Positions 63,826 through 64,000 of a stretch of 64,000 nt of DNA are shown piece by piece. The stretch is from assembly GCA_951406725.2 (NCBI GenBank), contig OX597821.1, forward strand, positions 87,730,001 to 87,794,000, given 5' to 3'. The notes below the pieces were generated by a model. The model saw only the letters and a list, made by a program, of their open reading frames with translations, had not been told where the DNA came from and searched no databases. The position numbers and the translations under genes are program-made. Each line of letters starts with the position of its first letter. Position 1 is the first letter of the stretch. This DNA is from Octopus vulgaris (taxonomy: Eukaryota).

Positions 63826-64000
63826 ATATGTATATGTATGTGTATATGTGTATGTGTGTGTGGATGTGTGCATGTGTGATAATGTGTTGCATGTATGTGG
63901 AAAGATGTGTGGAGTTATAGTGATGTTGATTAGTTGTAATAGACGGTGTTTGTGTGCGCGTGTTTAATTACTAAGAAGGTAATGTGAAAACGCGTATAGG

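Noticed and set aside
63965-64000. Hammerhead at the window end (GAAA-CGCG-TA)
   Set aside because: The core reads CTAAGAA, stem II is absent and the context is cut off.

Overview
Eukaryotic, AT-rich, microsatellite-saturated non-coding DNA. The SINE families and repeat style suggest an octopus genome (inference from recall, not searched). No intact host gene is visible, and almost all ORFs in the track are microsatellite read-throughs. The window holds about 30 copies or fragments of five SINE-like families, Helitron, mariner and hAT-type MITEs, decayed LINE and R4/NeSL-like fragments, and a Penelope-like element (PLE) relic encoding a GIY-YIG endonuclease, embedded in (TA)n. Many short elements also sit in (TA)n tracts and carry hammerhead ribozyme (HHR) motifs. 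Main observation: two unrelated families (X at 10.2, 10.9, 28.0 and 57.8 kb; Y at 27.0, 27.2 and 34.2 kb) contain all three hammerhead core strands in an order matching none of types I, II or III. The order is [III'-UH-I'] then [II'-GAAA-III] then [I-CUGAnGA]. The helices covary between copies, there is an extra helix (P0), and family X has a consensus kink-turn. This is a candidate pseudoknotted, permuted hammerhead. Type I HHRs with compensatory G3:C8 and U3:A8 cores and a 396-nt retrozyme-like unit are also present. All folds were paired by eye; no activity is shown. Repeat boundaries are approximate.
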